Positions 39,760 through 50,107 of a stretch of DNA of 64,000 bases are shown piece by piece. The translations under genes and the position numbers were made by a program. The notes beneath the pieces were generated by a model. The model saw nothing but the letters and a program-made list of their open reading frames with translations, made no database searches and was not told the DNA's origin. This DNA comes from a virus: the IMG/VR virus record IMGVR_UViG_3300021512_000005, positions 1 through 64,000 of that record; one strand, 5' to 3'. Every line of letters begins with the position of its first letter. The stretch's first letter is position 1.

Positions 39760-41115
39760 TTATATTGAAATAATAATTGGATCAATTACTTGGGTTTTAA
39801 AACCATTTATTGCATATCCAAGAGCATCTACCATATCATCGTGAACAGAATCGGGGAAAAGAAGCAACTCATCAATTAAATCTTGTTGATATTTTTTATG
39901 AAAAAATAAATTTCCATTTTCAATCCAAGGTGAAAAAGCCATTGCACGAGATATTTTATCGCCTACTGGTTTAATTCCCTTTATTGGTAACCCACCAATA
40001 GATTGTAATTCCTGAATTAGAGCTTTCTGGTAAGCTACATCTTCAATTAAAATCTTTTGTGGATTCCATATTTCATTCATTTCAATAATTTTCTCTTTTT
40101 GTTGTGTAAAAGTCCAATGACCTCTTTTTATATCAAGAATATATAATTTATTATCTTCACCTTTACCAACAACACATAATACTGAAAAATCAGCAGAATC
40201 TTTTTGAGATATAGCAGGATCTACACCTATATGAATTTTTTTTATTTTTATAGATTTATTATCTCGATTTATAATAATTTCATCTTTTTTTAATAATGAA
40301 TCATAAAATTTAAAAAATTCATATTTAAATATATTTCCTTCTTGAAGTAAACTAACATCATTCATATATTGAAGATTCCATATAATAGATCCTAATTCTT
40401 CTCTTTTTTGTTCTAATTTTTTTAATGGATAGAGCCATTCACACAAACCTTTTCCAGTTTCAGGATCGATTGCCGGCATTTTAAGCACAGAATACTTTAA
40501 ATCATCAATAAGAAACTGATAGAGGTCCGATGGATGGTACCTTGTGCCTAAGACTCCTATTTTAGAATTAGCAAGCGGAACGGGCATTAAACTGGTTTTA
40601 TACCAATCTAAATCCTTTTCACGTTGTGATTGTGAACGAGCTGAAGCAAAAGAAACAAGATCATCGAGATATAAATGAGTTGAATGGAGTCCTGTGATTT
40701 GTCCAGAACCAGAACCGACAGACATAAGAGTTGGTTCTGTATGATGTTCAGTCCTTGAACTTAATTCAATCTCATGATCAGACCAAGGAATTCCTTTTAA
40801 ACTTCCATAATATTTTTTAATAATTGGATTATATTCAATTGTATTTCTAATAGATCGAAGAAATACCATTGCTTTTTTATCTGATTCTGAAGCTAATATT
40901 ACACGTAAATTTGGATCATTGACAATTAACCAAGTAATATAACCTTGGAGCATTTTAGACTTCCCATGACCTCTTGGAAGTAAAACTAAAGCATTTTTGG
41001 CATTTTCAAGATGATCTATGATCTTTCCATGAATTCCATCAGTCCTATAACCATATATTTTATTAATAAAATAATGTGGACTATATTTTAATAACTGTTT
41101 AACTGGTATCTCCAT
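39760..41115 (-). CDS. terL: Terminase large subunit
   Basis: Walker A PRGHGKS, Walker B LYLDD, coupling GTRYH, nuclease GVDPA…DFS…HDDMVDA. Confidence 0.95.
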   Translation of the reverse strand: MEIPVKQLLKYSPHYFINKIYGYRTDGIHGKIIDHLENAKNALVLLPRGHGKSKMLQGYITWLIVNDPNLRVILASESDKKAMVFLRSIRNTIEYNPIIKKYYGSLKGIPWSDHEIELSSRTEHHTEPTLMSVGSGSGQITGLHSTHLYLDDLVSFASARSQSQREKDLDWYKTSLMPVPLANSKIGVLGTRYHPSDLYQFLIDDLKYSVLKMPAIDPETGKGLCEWLYPLKKLEQKREELGSIIWNLQYMNDVSLLQEGNIFKYEFFKFYDSLLKKDEIIINRDNKSIKIKKIHIGVDPAISQKDSADFSVLCVVGKGEDNKLYILDIKRGHWTFTQQKEKIIEMNEIWNPQKILIEDVAYQKALIQELQSIGGLPIKGIKPVGDKISRAMAFSPWIENGNLFFHKKYQQDLIDELLLFPDSVHDDMVDALGYAINGFKTQVIDPIIISI

Positions 41116-41620
41116 TTGTAATTTCTTTTCCTAATTTTTTAAGTAATTCTGGATCTATTTCCTCAACTTCAATCTTCATATCAGTCTCATTTTTAATAAT
41201 TTCTGATGGTTGATTAGTTAAAAGCATTTCAAGCTTTGTAGCTTTATCAATTAAAGAAATACAATCTTTTAATGACATTTCATCAATTTCGTCTTCTGAT
41301 TTTAATATTTTTTGAATTTTCTTTTGACCTAAAATTGCCATTACTTTTGCTAATTTTTTCTGTTTAATTCGAATAAATTGCATTTCTTCATTGGCTTTTA
41401 ACTCATCTTGTTCAAATAAATATCGATCATACGCATTGGCTCTTGATTCCCAATCATTAACGAATTTCATCCGATATATACTACTTTTTAAATCTTTATA
41501 TTGTAAAAATTCAAGCATTGTATATATTGATCGAGATGGTCCTAAAGAAACATAATCAAGAAATATTTCATAATCTTCATCGCTTTCATTTTCTAATTGT
41601 TCCCAAGCTTTTTTTACCAT
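41099..41620 (-). CDS. terS: Terminase small subunit
   Basis: WEQLENES…Y..F..Y..LGPSRS…WESRANAYD HTH pattern; overlaps TerL start. Confidence 0.8.
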   Translation of the reverse strand: MVKKAWEQLENESDEDYEIFLDYVSLGPSRSIYTMLEFLQYKDLKSSIYRMKFVNDWESRANAYDRYLFEQDELKANEEMQFIRIKQKKLAKVMAILGQKKIQKILKSEDEIDEMSLKDCISLIDKATKLEMLLTNQPSEIIKNETDMKIEVEEIDPELLKKLGKEITNGDTS

Positions 41621-41824
41621 TTTTATAAATTCTCCTTTTTATATTCTATATTATAATTTTTTAATACCTTTATAGCAAAATTAAGTAGTTTTAAACATTT
41701 ATTTGGATGAATTAACATATAAAAATAACTCTTCCAAAATTTTTTAAAACATTTACTATTTTCCCATAATTTTTTTATTATTATTTTTGTCATTTAAATC
41801 ATTATCCTCAATATATAATTATTA

Positions 41825-42262
41825 TTAATAAAGATTCAATCGCCTCTTTTCTTTCTCTAATTTTTTAAGTTCCTCTTCCCAATTTTTAGATGCATGAGGC
41901 CCTAAATAACCTGTTCCAACTCTTGATTGCTTATTATATTTATTATAAATCTGCCATTGTGATGAATGGTCCCTATAGTACTCTTGAGCACGCATTTTAC
42001 ATTCTTCTTGATGTCTTAAATAATATAATTGTGCAACTGCTTTCTGTCTTTCTTTATTTTCATTATAATACTTTGAATTATATTTTTTTACTTTATCTTT
42101 ATTATTTTTATACCATTTTTTGGCATTATTTAATTTTCCGATTTCGCGACATTCGTCAGAACAATATTTGAGAGCAGAAGTTTTTATTTCTGCTCCACAA
42201 ATAACACAATATCTTGTTTTTGGCATAATTAAACCCTTCTGACCAGTCCACATCCACCGCAA
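41825..42262 (-). CDS. Zn-finger plus basic helical-repeat protein (possible transcription regulator)
   Basis: CVICG…KYCSDEC followed by Lys/Tyr-rich helix. Confidence 0.55.
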   Translation of the reverse strand: MRWMWTGQKGLIMPKTRYCVICGAEIKTSALKYCSDECREIGKLNNAKKWYKNNKDKVKKYNSKYYNENKERQKAVAQLYYLRHQEECKMRAQEYYRDHSSQWQIYNKYNKQSRVGTGYLGPHASKNWEEELKKLEKEKRRLNLY

Positions 42263-42423
42263 ATAAATTCACCAGTAGTCTCATCATAAAAAAATGAGGC
42301 TTCTTTTCTTCCATTTCTACCAATTTTCCGTTTGTATCCGCACTTACACAAAATAGGAACACTTGGTTCCTCAATTCCAATATCCCAAAGACTTCTTCCA
42401 TTTGATGTATTATTGTTTGTCAT
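42229..42423 (-). CDS. TFIIB/TFB-type Zn-ribbon mini-protein
   Basis: CKCG…FYDETTGEFICGGCGLV; AGGAGA RBS in the repeated cassette. Confidence 0.6.
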   Translation of the reverse strand: MTNNNTSNGRSLWDIGIEEPSVPILCKCGYKRKIGRNGRKEASFFYDETTGEFICGGCGLVRRV

Positions 42424-42470
42424 TTTTAATTCATCTCCTTTTGTTATAATTAATTATTAGTTCTAATACC

Positions 42471-43724
42471 TTATAAATCTTTCCTTGTTACTCGATTTAT
42501 AACTCTTTTTACAAGTTCATTAAATTGTTCACGTACTTTTAGCCCTCCAGACCACGATCTTTGATTCTTAAGAGCATTAACAATTGAATCTTCACTTTTT
42601 GCCTTTTGGAAATAAATATAATCTTCTTTATTACCTTCTTCTTTAACAATAGGTAATATTTCATTCTTTTTATCATTTATTTTTTGGTTTCGGAGATTTT
42701 GCAATCTTCTTATTTCTTCATCAATTTCTTTTAATTCATCTTTAAGAAGTTTTTCAGCTACTTGTTTTGCAACTTGGTCTTTATTTGGCTGTATATTTTG
42801 ATATCTGGCTTCTACAAGATTATTATATGTGATTCCAGTCCGTTTTAAAGCATCCCATATAAGAGGATAATAAAACGAAAACGGATTCGCTTCAACCTCA
42901 GCCCCAAGATAACGACCAGTTTTGGGGTCTTTAACCAGATTTTCAGCCATCCATTCTGCCTTTGGACGATTTTTATTATCTTGTTTTACTTCATATAATG
43001 CATCTTTTACATTTCGTCTCTTTTCAGGTATTTGGCTCATACAAATACCCACACGTGCCGATTTTACATATTTAGCATAATGAATCATTTGTTTTTTAAA
43101 TCCTTCTGCTATCGGCAATCTTCCATCATAATCCTCATCTGTGAGAATTAGCGTACGAAGAGGTGTGTTTTCTGTTATTTTTCCTTCGAAATAATGTTTA
43201 TATATATATTCCGAAGTACTAAAATTAGGCCGACCAGATCCCTGTACTAATGCTTTAATTCCCAAAATTTCACACGATCGCTTAAATTTAGGAAATTCGG
43301 AACTTTTTTCAACAAATAATACAGCATTAAGATTTTTAATGTGTGATTCATCAAATTCGGCACAATAGGCAGCATCTTCTACTGCAAAATCTGAATATTG
43401 ATATCCTTCACGAACAAGCGCTGAAAGACCCGTAGAAAGTAACATGTTGGCTTTATCTAAGTCAACATTACCTTTCATAACATTCTGGGCATACTGTTTA
43501 AATGATCTGTACCATAGAACTCTTAAAGAACCTATTTCTTTCTTATGTGTCTTTAAAAGTTCTGCTTCTGCAATTCCCCAACTTTTACCCATATTAGTCC
43601 AGGACCATCCCTTCACTGTCTTAATATCAATATGTTGTGCAATAACTTCCATTGCATTTTTATTTTCCGGAATTGGTTTCCCATAAACTTTTTTACATTC
43701 TTTTACAAAATCTTGTGCTTTCAT
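42471..43724 (-). CDS. Topoisomerase VI-A/Spo11/JetD-like Toprim protein
   Basis: SLRVLWY (candidate catalytic Tyr), LFVEK, GSGRPN, LTDEDYDG, EVEA. Confidence 0.65.
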   Translation of the reverse strand: MKAQDFVKECKKVYGKPIPENKNAMEVIAQHIDIKTVKGWSWTNMGKSWGIAEAELLKTHKKEIGSLRVLWYRSFKQYAQNVMKGNVDLDKANMLLSTGLSALVREGYQYSDFAVEDAAYCAEFDESHIKNLNAVLFVEKSSEFPKFKRSCEILGIKALVQGSGRPNFSTSEYIYKHYFEGKITENTPLRTLILTDEDYDGRLPIAEGFKKQMIHYAKYVKSARVGICMSQIPEKRRNVKDALYEVKQDNKNRPKAEWMAENLVKDPKTGRYLGAEVEANPFSFYYPLIWDALKRTGITYNNLVEARYQNIQPNKDQVAKQVAEKLLKDELKEIDEEIRRLQNLRNQKINDKKNEILPIVKEEGNKEDYIYFQKAKSEDSIVNALKNQRSWSGGLKVREQFNELVKRVINRVTRKDL

Positions 43725-43980
43725 TTTGAATCACCTTTATATTCTCTTTTATATGTTTCATATCCATCTTTTTCAGTAAAAACTTGGTAAGATGGATCAA
43801 GAACATATCCAAACTCATCAATCATTACTTCAAAATCTTCTTTACTCATCATCATTATCATCTCTTATTTTATATCTGCATCCATTACATCCATTTAAGA
43901 ATTTTATCATTGGCGACATTTGACGTTCATTACATAATCTCATAATTCCTTTTTTAATACACATCATTTTTATTCATCTC

Positions 43981-44373
43981 CTATACATAAGACATATCAC
44001 AAGTTTCATTACAAGAAACCTGGGTTTGTGCAAACTGTTCAGCGACTTCATTAATTGATTTAATTGTCTCTATAGCCTTTCCGGCCACTTTTGCCGCTTC
44101 CAGGAAATAAACACGTCCTGGAAGTTCATGAATAGTCCCAAAACTATCTTGTTTATGAGTTGCATTATACAACTCAGTCATTAATTGACCCATCGACATC
44201 ATTGATTGACCAAGATTAATTGATTCAATCACAATTCGTGCTTGTTCACGAACTATTTCTGAATATTGATCTCTATGTGACATTACATAACGATAATCTC
44301 GCACATTATCATCTGTAATTTCAAATTCATTTTTTAGTTCATCATATATATCATTTAGATCCATTTTAATCAC
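43981..44373 (-). CDS. Hypothetical early protein
   Basis: First ORF downstream of a promoter cassette. Confidence 0.55.
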   Translation of the reverse strand: MIKMDLNDIYDELKNEFEITDDNVRDYRYVMSHRDQYSEIVREQARIVIESINLGQSMMSMGQLMTELYNATHKQDSFGTIHELPGRVYFLEAAKVAGKAIETIKSINEVAEQFAQTQVSCNETCDMSYV

Positions 44374-44734
44374 CTTTGATTTTTACAATATAACATTGAA
44401 CTTAATACCTTATAAAGCTTTCTCTTTTCAACTTTTAAAGTTTTAATATCCAATTATCTTATTATTATTCCAATAATTATACCCATAGTAAATGTAACAA
44501 ATTCCATTAATACTATTGGTATAATTATATCATTTATATCACTTGTATCCATTTTAATCACCTTTAATTACTTCACCTTTTAATAATTCAACTTTTATTA
44601 ATGTCTGAATCCTATTTCTAATATCAGTCCATTCCTCATCTGGATTATAGGCACTTATTACATCTGCAAGCTGTGATATAGCAGTATAAGCCGGATCACG
44701 TTGAATAATTTTATTCATTTCTTTTAAATTCATT

Positions 44735-44962
44735 TTAATCATCTCCGGAATGGATTAAAAGGTGGCAAGTTGTGCAAACTTCCACAATTGCCTCCTTATC
44801 ATACCTTTCACTATTATAATACAAATGATGTATTTCAGTCTTTTGCCCATATATACCGCCGCAGATTTCACAAACATGTGTTTTATGATAATGTTTGCGA
44901 TCTCTGCGTCTTATTTTCTCTTTCAATCGTCTCATTGGACTTTGGCTGTGATTTCTGGTCAT
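44735..44962 (-). CDS. Minimal HNH-like nuclease
   Basis: CEICG…EIHH…VCTTCHLLIH. Confidence 0.65.
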   Translation of the reverse strand: MTRNHSQSPMRRLKEKIRRRDRKHYHKTHVCEICGGIYGQKTEIHHLYYNSERYDKEAIVEVCTTCHLLIHSGDD

Positions 44963-45091
44963 ATTGTTTAACTCCTTTTTAAGTTGTACAATATAACATT
45001 GATCTTAATACCTTATAAATCTTTCCTTCTTAAACTTTTAAAGTTTTAATCGTCTTATTGGACTTTGGCTATGATTTTTGGTCATTTTTAT

Positions 45092-45277
45092 TTATCTTAT
45101 TAATATTATAGCGAATAATAATAATATGGCACCAATAATCATTGATATCCAAATAGGGAATAAAACCCATATCCACGACCAATTAATATATCCTGTCAAT
45201 TTTAATCCAATAAATAATATTGTCAATAGTCCAGTAAATCCGATTCCATCATTGTTTGTTTGGGTCATCTTATTCAA
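45092..45277 (-). CDS. Small two-TM phage membrane protein
   Basis: GIGFTGLLTILFIGLKLTGYINWSWIWVLFPIW, a widespread phage family motif. Confidence 0.75.
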   Translation of the reverse strand: MNKMTQTNNDGIGFTGLLTILFIGLKLTGYINWSWIWVLFPIWISMIIGAILLLFAIILIR

Positions 45278-45968
45278 CTCCTTTTTAAATTATACAATAT
45301 AACATTGATCTTAATACCTTATAAAGCTTTTCTTCTTAAACTTTTAAATTTCAATCACACCATCCGCCACCATTCCTGGCTCTCTCATTCCAAATAATTG
45401 ACATAAAACACATGAAAGAGTCGGATATTTTTCAATATCCCATTTATCTGGATAATTTATTTTTTTAGCAATATATTTTTCTGATTTCATAACTTATACC
45501 ATCATACCAATAATTATACCAATAAAAAATGATATTGACACTATTAATATGTCTATAATATCAAATTCATTTTTTAATTCATCATATATAGCATTTAGAT
45601 CCATTTTAATCATACCATCATACCAATAATTATACCAATAGAAAATGAAATTAATTCCATTAATATTATTGGTACAATTATATCTCTTTGACTTTTATTA
45701 TAACCAGCACTAAAACCTTCACTATAACCAATTATTTCTGCAATTTCTGAATTCATTTTTAATCAATCTCCTTATAAATATTTTCAATTATTTCAGGAAT
45801 ATTTTTTAAATAATTTGAAATTTCTTCCAATTTATTTAAATCAATATCATTTTCTTTTGATTCTTGTCTCATATATCTAATTTCTTGCATTATATAATAT
45901 AATTCAATTTCATCATTTAATATATTTTTACGGAATTCTATTAATCTATTTTTTATATTTTTCATTTA

Positions 45969-46397
45969 TCAAATCCTCCTTATTTTATCAAATATATTTT
46001 GTTTTGCCCAATCTTTTGGACAACCGTCACTTACCCATGTCCAAAAAATTAATTTTTTATTTATTTCTTGTATTATATTAATTGAACAAATTTCATTCAT
46101 AATATTATCATATTTTATATTAACCTTATTAATTATAAATCGATTAAATTGTTCTGGTTCAACAAAAACATCAGTAATAAATTTATTATTAAATAATTCA
46201 CTATAAATAGCATTATCTTTATCAATTGATATTATTATATTTTTTTGTTTAATTCCTGGAATTTTACGATTAATTATAAAATTTTTTGTAATATTGTATT
46301 CAAATTTAATTTGTTCAATTTCTTTATTAGTTAATATTTTATCTTTTACATTTACTACATATCCAATATGTGATTTAAAATTAATTTTATAATCCAT
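45969..46397 (-). CDS. Hypothetical protein
   Basis: ORF with GAGGT RBS. Confidence 0.5.
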   Translation of the reverse strand: MDYKINFKSHIGYVVNVKDKILTNKEIEQIKFEYNITKNFIINRKIPGIKQKNIIISIDKDNAIYSELFNNKFITDVFVEPEQFNRFIINKVNIKYDNIMNEICSINIIQEINKKLIFWTWVSDGCPKDWAKQNIFDKIRRI

Positions 46398-47219
46398 ATT
46401 TATATACCTCTATCTTTTCATTATTATACGTTTTCCTTTTCCTTTTCCCGATAGTTGAACTAACGGTGGAATATATTCAATATCTTTTTCTCTTTTCATT
46501 GTTGGAATTTTATCTAAATCTGGTTTTTCAAGATCAAGATAAAATATAATATCATCTTTTAATTCTTTTAATTCATATTTTATTTTATTTATTATTTTCA
46601 TTGTTGATTCATCTCCTTTTTCAAAAAATCATAATTTTTTAATGCTTTAAATAATCGTGGTCGAATATATTTAACTTTAATTTCTTCAGCATCTTTTAAT
46701 TCATTTAAATAATAAATTATAAGTTTTTTAAGATATTTTATTCTTTTTTCACAATTATTGTTTGTCATTGTTGATTCATTTCCTATTTTTCTAAAACCCA
46801 TTTTAAAATACTTTGTTCATTCATTAACCGTTTTATTATATTACGATTAAATTGTGAATTATTGGCTAATCTTCTATCTATTTCTTGATTTATTTCTTTA
46901 ATTCTATTTTCAATTTCATATTTATTTTTCATTTTTGATTCATCTCCTTATTATAATATAAAAATAGGAAAATTAATATATTTCCCTATTTTATACATTA
47001 TGCATATATTCATCTTCAAAGTCTATAGTCTGCCTTATACTCCAATCTGCGTAATCTAACTCTTTGTCTGCAGATATAGTGGCTTTTAATCCATCATCTG
47101 GTTCATATTCAGGTTCTGTATACAATTGTTTATCATTTGTCATGTTGTTCATCTCCTTATTAGATAATATTATATTAAACTTAATACCTTATAAAGCTTT
47201 CCTTCTTAAACTTTTAAAG

Positions 47220-47630
47220 TTACAAGATTCTAATAATTCTACCTTCTTTCCTTATATTGCCTTTATATCCTATTTCAGGTATAGAATATCCATGTAATAA
47301 TTTTAATAAAATTAATGCTGTTGAAAAATTTAAATACCATCTATTATAAATATATGGAAAATTTATAGATAATTTATCAAATACCCAAAAAGGAATATAA
47401 GATAAATTAATAATTTGATTATTATTTGTTATTACTCTATAACAACCTTCTACAGCATTAATTGGACATTTTTTATATTCTTGAATATTATAAATATCTA
47501 AATTATTAATATTTATAAGATTCTTTAATTTCCATTTATTAAAATAATTATCAGTTCCATATAAATCTTCCCAAAAATTCAATGGTTTTACCATTGCCAT
47601 ATCTGGATAAAAATATAAATCTTGTGTCAT
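47220..47630 (-). CDS. Hypothetical protein
   Basis: ORF whose 3' end runs into a promoter cassette. Confidence 0.45.
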   Translation of the reverse strand: MTQDLYFYPDMAMVKPLNFWEDLYGTDNYFNKWKLKNLININNLDIYNIQEYKKCPINAVEGCYRVITNNNQIINLSYIPFWVFDKLSINFPYIYNRWYLNFSTALILLKLLHGYSIPEIGYKGNIRKEGRIIRIL

Positions 47631-47631
47631 T

Positions 47632-47886
47632 TTATTTATTCTCTTTTTTATATAATTCTTTCATTTCTTGAATCATTTTTTCCTTATTATAAAAAGGACA
47701 TTTCCCTGTTTCGAACCATTCACACCCATCGGGGTAATCACAAGTATTAGCACCCTCAATGTCCCATCCATGCATCCTGGCACAATCCTCGTGATTATAT
47801 CGACCAGGATATCCACAATCATTTCTATTTGGACTATTATATCCAAATATGCCTCTTAATACAGTATCACAACTATTATTTGCCAT
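47632..47886 (-). CDS. Small Cys-rich hypothetical protein
   Basis: AGGAGA RBS; six Cys. Confidence 0.55.
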   Translation of the reverse strand: MANNSCDTVLRGIFGYNSPNRNDCGYPGRYNHEDCARMHGWDIEGANTCDYPDGCEWFETGKCPFYNKEKMIQEMKELYKKENK

Positions 47887-47933
47887 TTTTGATTCATCTC
47901 CTTGTTATATAATTATTATAAATAATAGAAGAG

Positions 47934-48269
47934 TTAATATACTCTCCCATCCACATATACATAACCAGTACATGTCATAAAGACTTTATGTACACCATTT
48001 TTTAAGCGAATTGATCCACACTCATAATCGTGGTCTTCATCCATGCGTGCTGCATTTCTGCATATATCATCCCATGATGCACTCCATGTAATATCATACG
48101 CATCTACAGCATCCATACAACCAAATACTGCTCCTTTTCCTGTAATGTAGATAGGCTTCCCAGATGGTACTTCTACATCATACGCGTTTGGAATAGCTGA
48201 TTCTGAATATCTGTTCTTTATATCTGTTTTATATTTGTTGTTTATCATTATGTTCATCTCCTTATACAT
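47934..48269 (-). CDS. Hypothetical protein
   Basis: AGGAGATG RBS/start context. Confidence 0.55.
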   Translation of the reverse strand: MYKEMNIMINNKYKTDIKNRYSESAIPNAYDVEVPSGKPIYITGKGAVFGCMDAVDAYDITWSASWDDICRNAARMDEDHDYECGSIRLKNGVHKVFMTCTGYVYVDGRVY

Positions 48270-48486
48270 TTCGCATCCAATTAAGGATTGTAAAATATAT
48301 CCCGTGTTTTCTGTTGATATGTTTTAAGAATGCTGGAAAACTCTTATAAGATGCTCCATTACAGTTAATATCTGTGCAAACCCATCTGCAATGTCTATCA
48401 GTTGATTCTGATGCTGGATAATAGTCATACGATATCCCTATCTTATCCAGTATCTCTTTTCGGAATTCTGTTGTTGTATTTGTCAT
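48262..48486 (-). CDS. C2H2-like Zn-finger protein
   Basis: WVCTDINC…FLKHINRKH; first gene after a promoter cassette. Confidence 0.55.
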   Translation of the reverse strand: MTNTTTEFRKEILDKIGISYDYYPASESTDRHCRWVCTDINCNGASYKSFPAFLKHINRKHGIYFTILNWMRNV

Positions 48487-48818
48487 TGTTGATTCATCTC
48501 CTTATCGGATAATATTATATTGAACTTAATACCTTATAAAGGTTTCCTTCTTAAACTTTTAAAGTTTTAAGATTCTAATCATATTGCATTAAATGATTAT
48601 AGAGATTGCGGACGGCTTTATCAAGATATTCAGTATTTTTACCTTCTTTTTCAAGTTGTGTTTCAAGATTTTTTTAGTCTAAAAACACAATCTTCAACTA
48701 CTTCCATTACATTATTGTTTGTCATTTTTGATTCATCTCCTTATCGGATAATTATTAATTGAACTTAATACCTTATAAAGCTTTCCTTTTTAAATTTTTA
48801 AAGTTTCAATCACATCAA

Positions 48819-49040
48819 TCAAACAATAATTAATATTTTAAAAATAATAATTAACAAAAATACAATAAACAATGTAATATTACATATATTTAAACAATTT
48901 AATGCCCATTTATTCCAAATTTTTGATTCAATAAAAATTTCTTTAATTGAAAGATTTATAATTAAAAAAATTGCTATAAACATTCCATAATATAAAATTT
49001 CATTAATTGAAATAAATTGAATGTTTATTATAGTTAACAT
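48819..49040 (-). CDS. Small two-TM membrane protein
   Basis: Hydrophobic segments around IKEI…; coupled to the PEP-CTERM-like gene. Confidence 0.6.
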   Translation of the reverse strand: MLTIINIQFISINEILYYGMFIAIFLIINLSIKEIFIESKIWNKWALNCLNICNITLFIVFLLIIIFKILIIV

Positions 49041-49411
49041 TTATTAAACCTCAATAATATAATTAATCCCAAACAAAATAATATAAATGATGATGCCTCA
49101 GGAACCGGTTCAACGGGTTCAATTGGTCTATTTCTTCTATTACCTTTAACTTTTGTATTATTATGATCTATTTTATCCTGAACTATTGTACTATTATCCT
49201 GGACTATTGTACTATTATCCTGGACTATTGTACTATTATCCTGGACCATTGTACCATTATCCTGAATCATTGTACCATTATCTTGGATCATTGTACCATT
49301 ATCCTGAATTATAAATATAATACACATTATTATTATTAAATTTATAATCATTAAACTAATTTTAATTATATTCATATTAAATTTAATTCTTCTAACTCTA
49401 TACCCATACAA
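49034..49411 (-). CDS. Putative surface glycoprotein with PEP/PEF-CTERM-like sorting signal
   Basis: N-terminal TM; 7-aa repeats QDNGTM/QDNSTI (21-bp tandem near 49173-49310); C-terminus PVPEASSFILFCLGLIILLRFNK; probable start 49375. Confidence 0.65.
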   Translation of the reverse strand: MYGYRVRRIKFNMNIIKISLMIINLIIIMCIIFIIQDNGTMIQDNGTMIQDNGTMVQDNSTIVQDNSTIVQDNSTIVQDKIDHNNTKVKGNRRNRPIEPVEPVPEASSFILFCLGLIILLRFNKC

Positions 49412-49762
49412 AGTATATCATCCAAATCAGGTTTATCTAAATCCTTCAAATCCTCTTTCTTTCGCTTCTTTCACCCCATTCTCGTATGATTGGGAGCAAT
49501 CACAACCAAAGAATGGACATGACCGATCGTTTATTGTACAATTACCCAATTCGTCAGAATGGATACATTGAGTACGCATTCTATTTAATTCATCTTCTAA
49601 CGACATTATCATCACCTCTTATTCGCATAATACCGCTGCAATTTACAATTGTAACCTTGTAATTTACCGTTTGTAAGAATGCTAGAATTAATCCCACATT
49701 CCTGTTCATTACCATACGCTTCACAGCGCATACAGATCATAGTTTGTGTGTTCATTGTTGAC

Positions 49763-50017
49763 TCATCTCCTTATTATATCATTTATATTATTATCTCCAA
49801 TTGTACATATATCTTTATAGTAATAGCCTCCTACTTTATACCATCTACCAGTAGACAATTTTATTTCAATTCTACAAGAAGTAGCACTAAATTTGTATCG
49901 TCTATTACCTTCTTTATTTACACAATTACCCCACCGATCAATATGAAAATCTTTTTCATCTACTAAAAATGTTTTCATTGCTTCTATAATTTTCTGGTTC
50001 TTTTTATTTGTTGCCAT
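49763..50017 (-). CDS. Hypothetical early protein
   Basis: First ORF after the outermost promoter cassette. Confidence 0.55.
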   Translation of the reverse strand: MATNKKNQKIIEAMKTFLVDEKDFHIDRWGNCVNKEGNRRYKFSATSCRIEIKLSTGRWYKVGGYYYKDICTIGDNNINDIIRR

Positions 50018-50107
50018 TGTTGATTCATCTCCTTATTGGATAATTATTAATTGAACTTAATACCTTATAAAGCTTTCCTTCTTAAACTTTTAAAATTTAA
50101 AAATCTT

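Larger units (their letters stand above)
42440..50098 (-). promoter_or_regulatory. Eight copies of a ~60-85 bp BRE/TATA promoter plus RBS cassette
   Basis: Minus-strand consensus TTTAAAAGTTTAAGAAGGAAAGCTTTATAAGGTATTAAGTTCAAT…AGGAGATGAATCA-n-ATG. Copies near 42440-42487 (partial), 44386-44445, 44988-45049, 45293-45352, 47150-47222, 48490-48570, 48730-48807, 50020-50098. Confidence 0.85.

Noticed and set aside
42440-50098. Promoter cassette array as CRISPR or integron attC sites
   Set aside because: Intervening segments are 0.2-1.9 kb and contain ORFs; the repeat has TATA/RBS content, lacks attC-like dyad structure, and no integrase is in the window.
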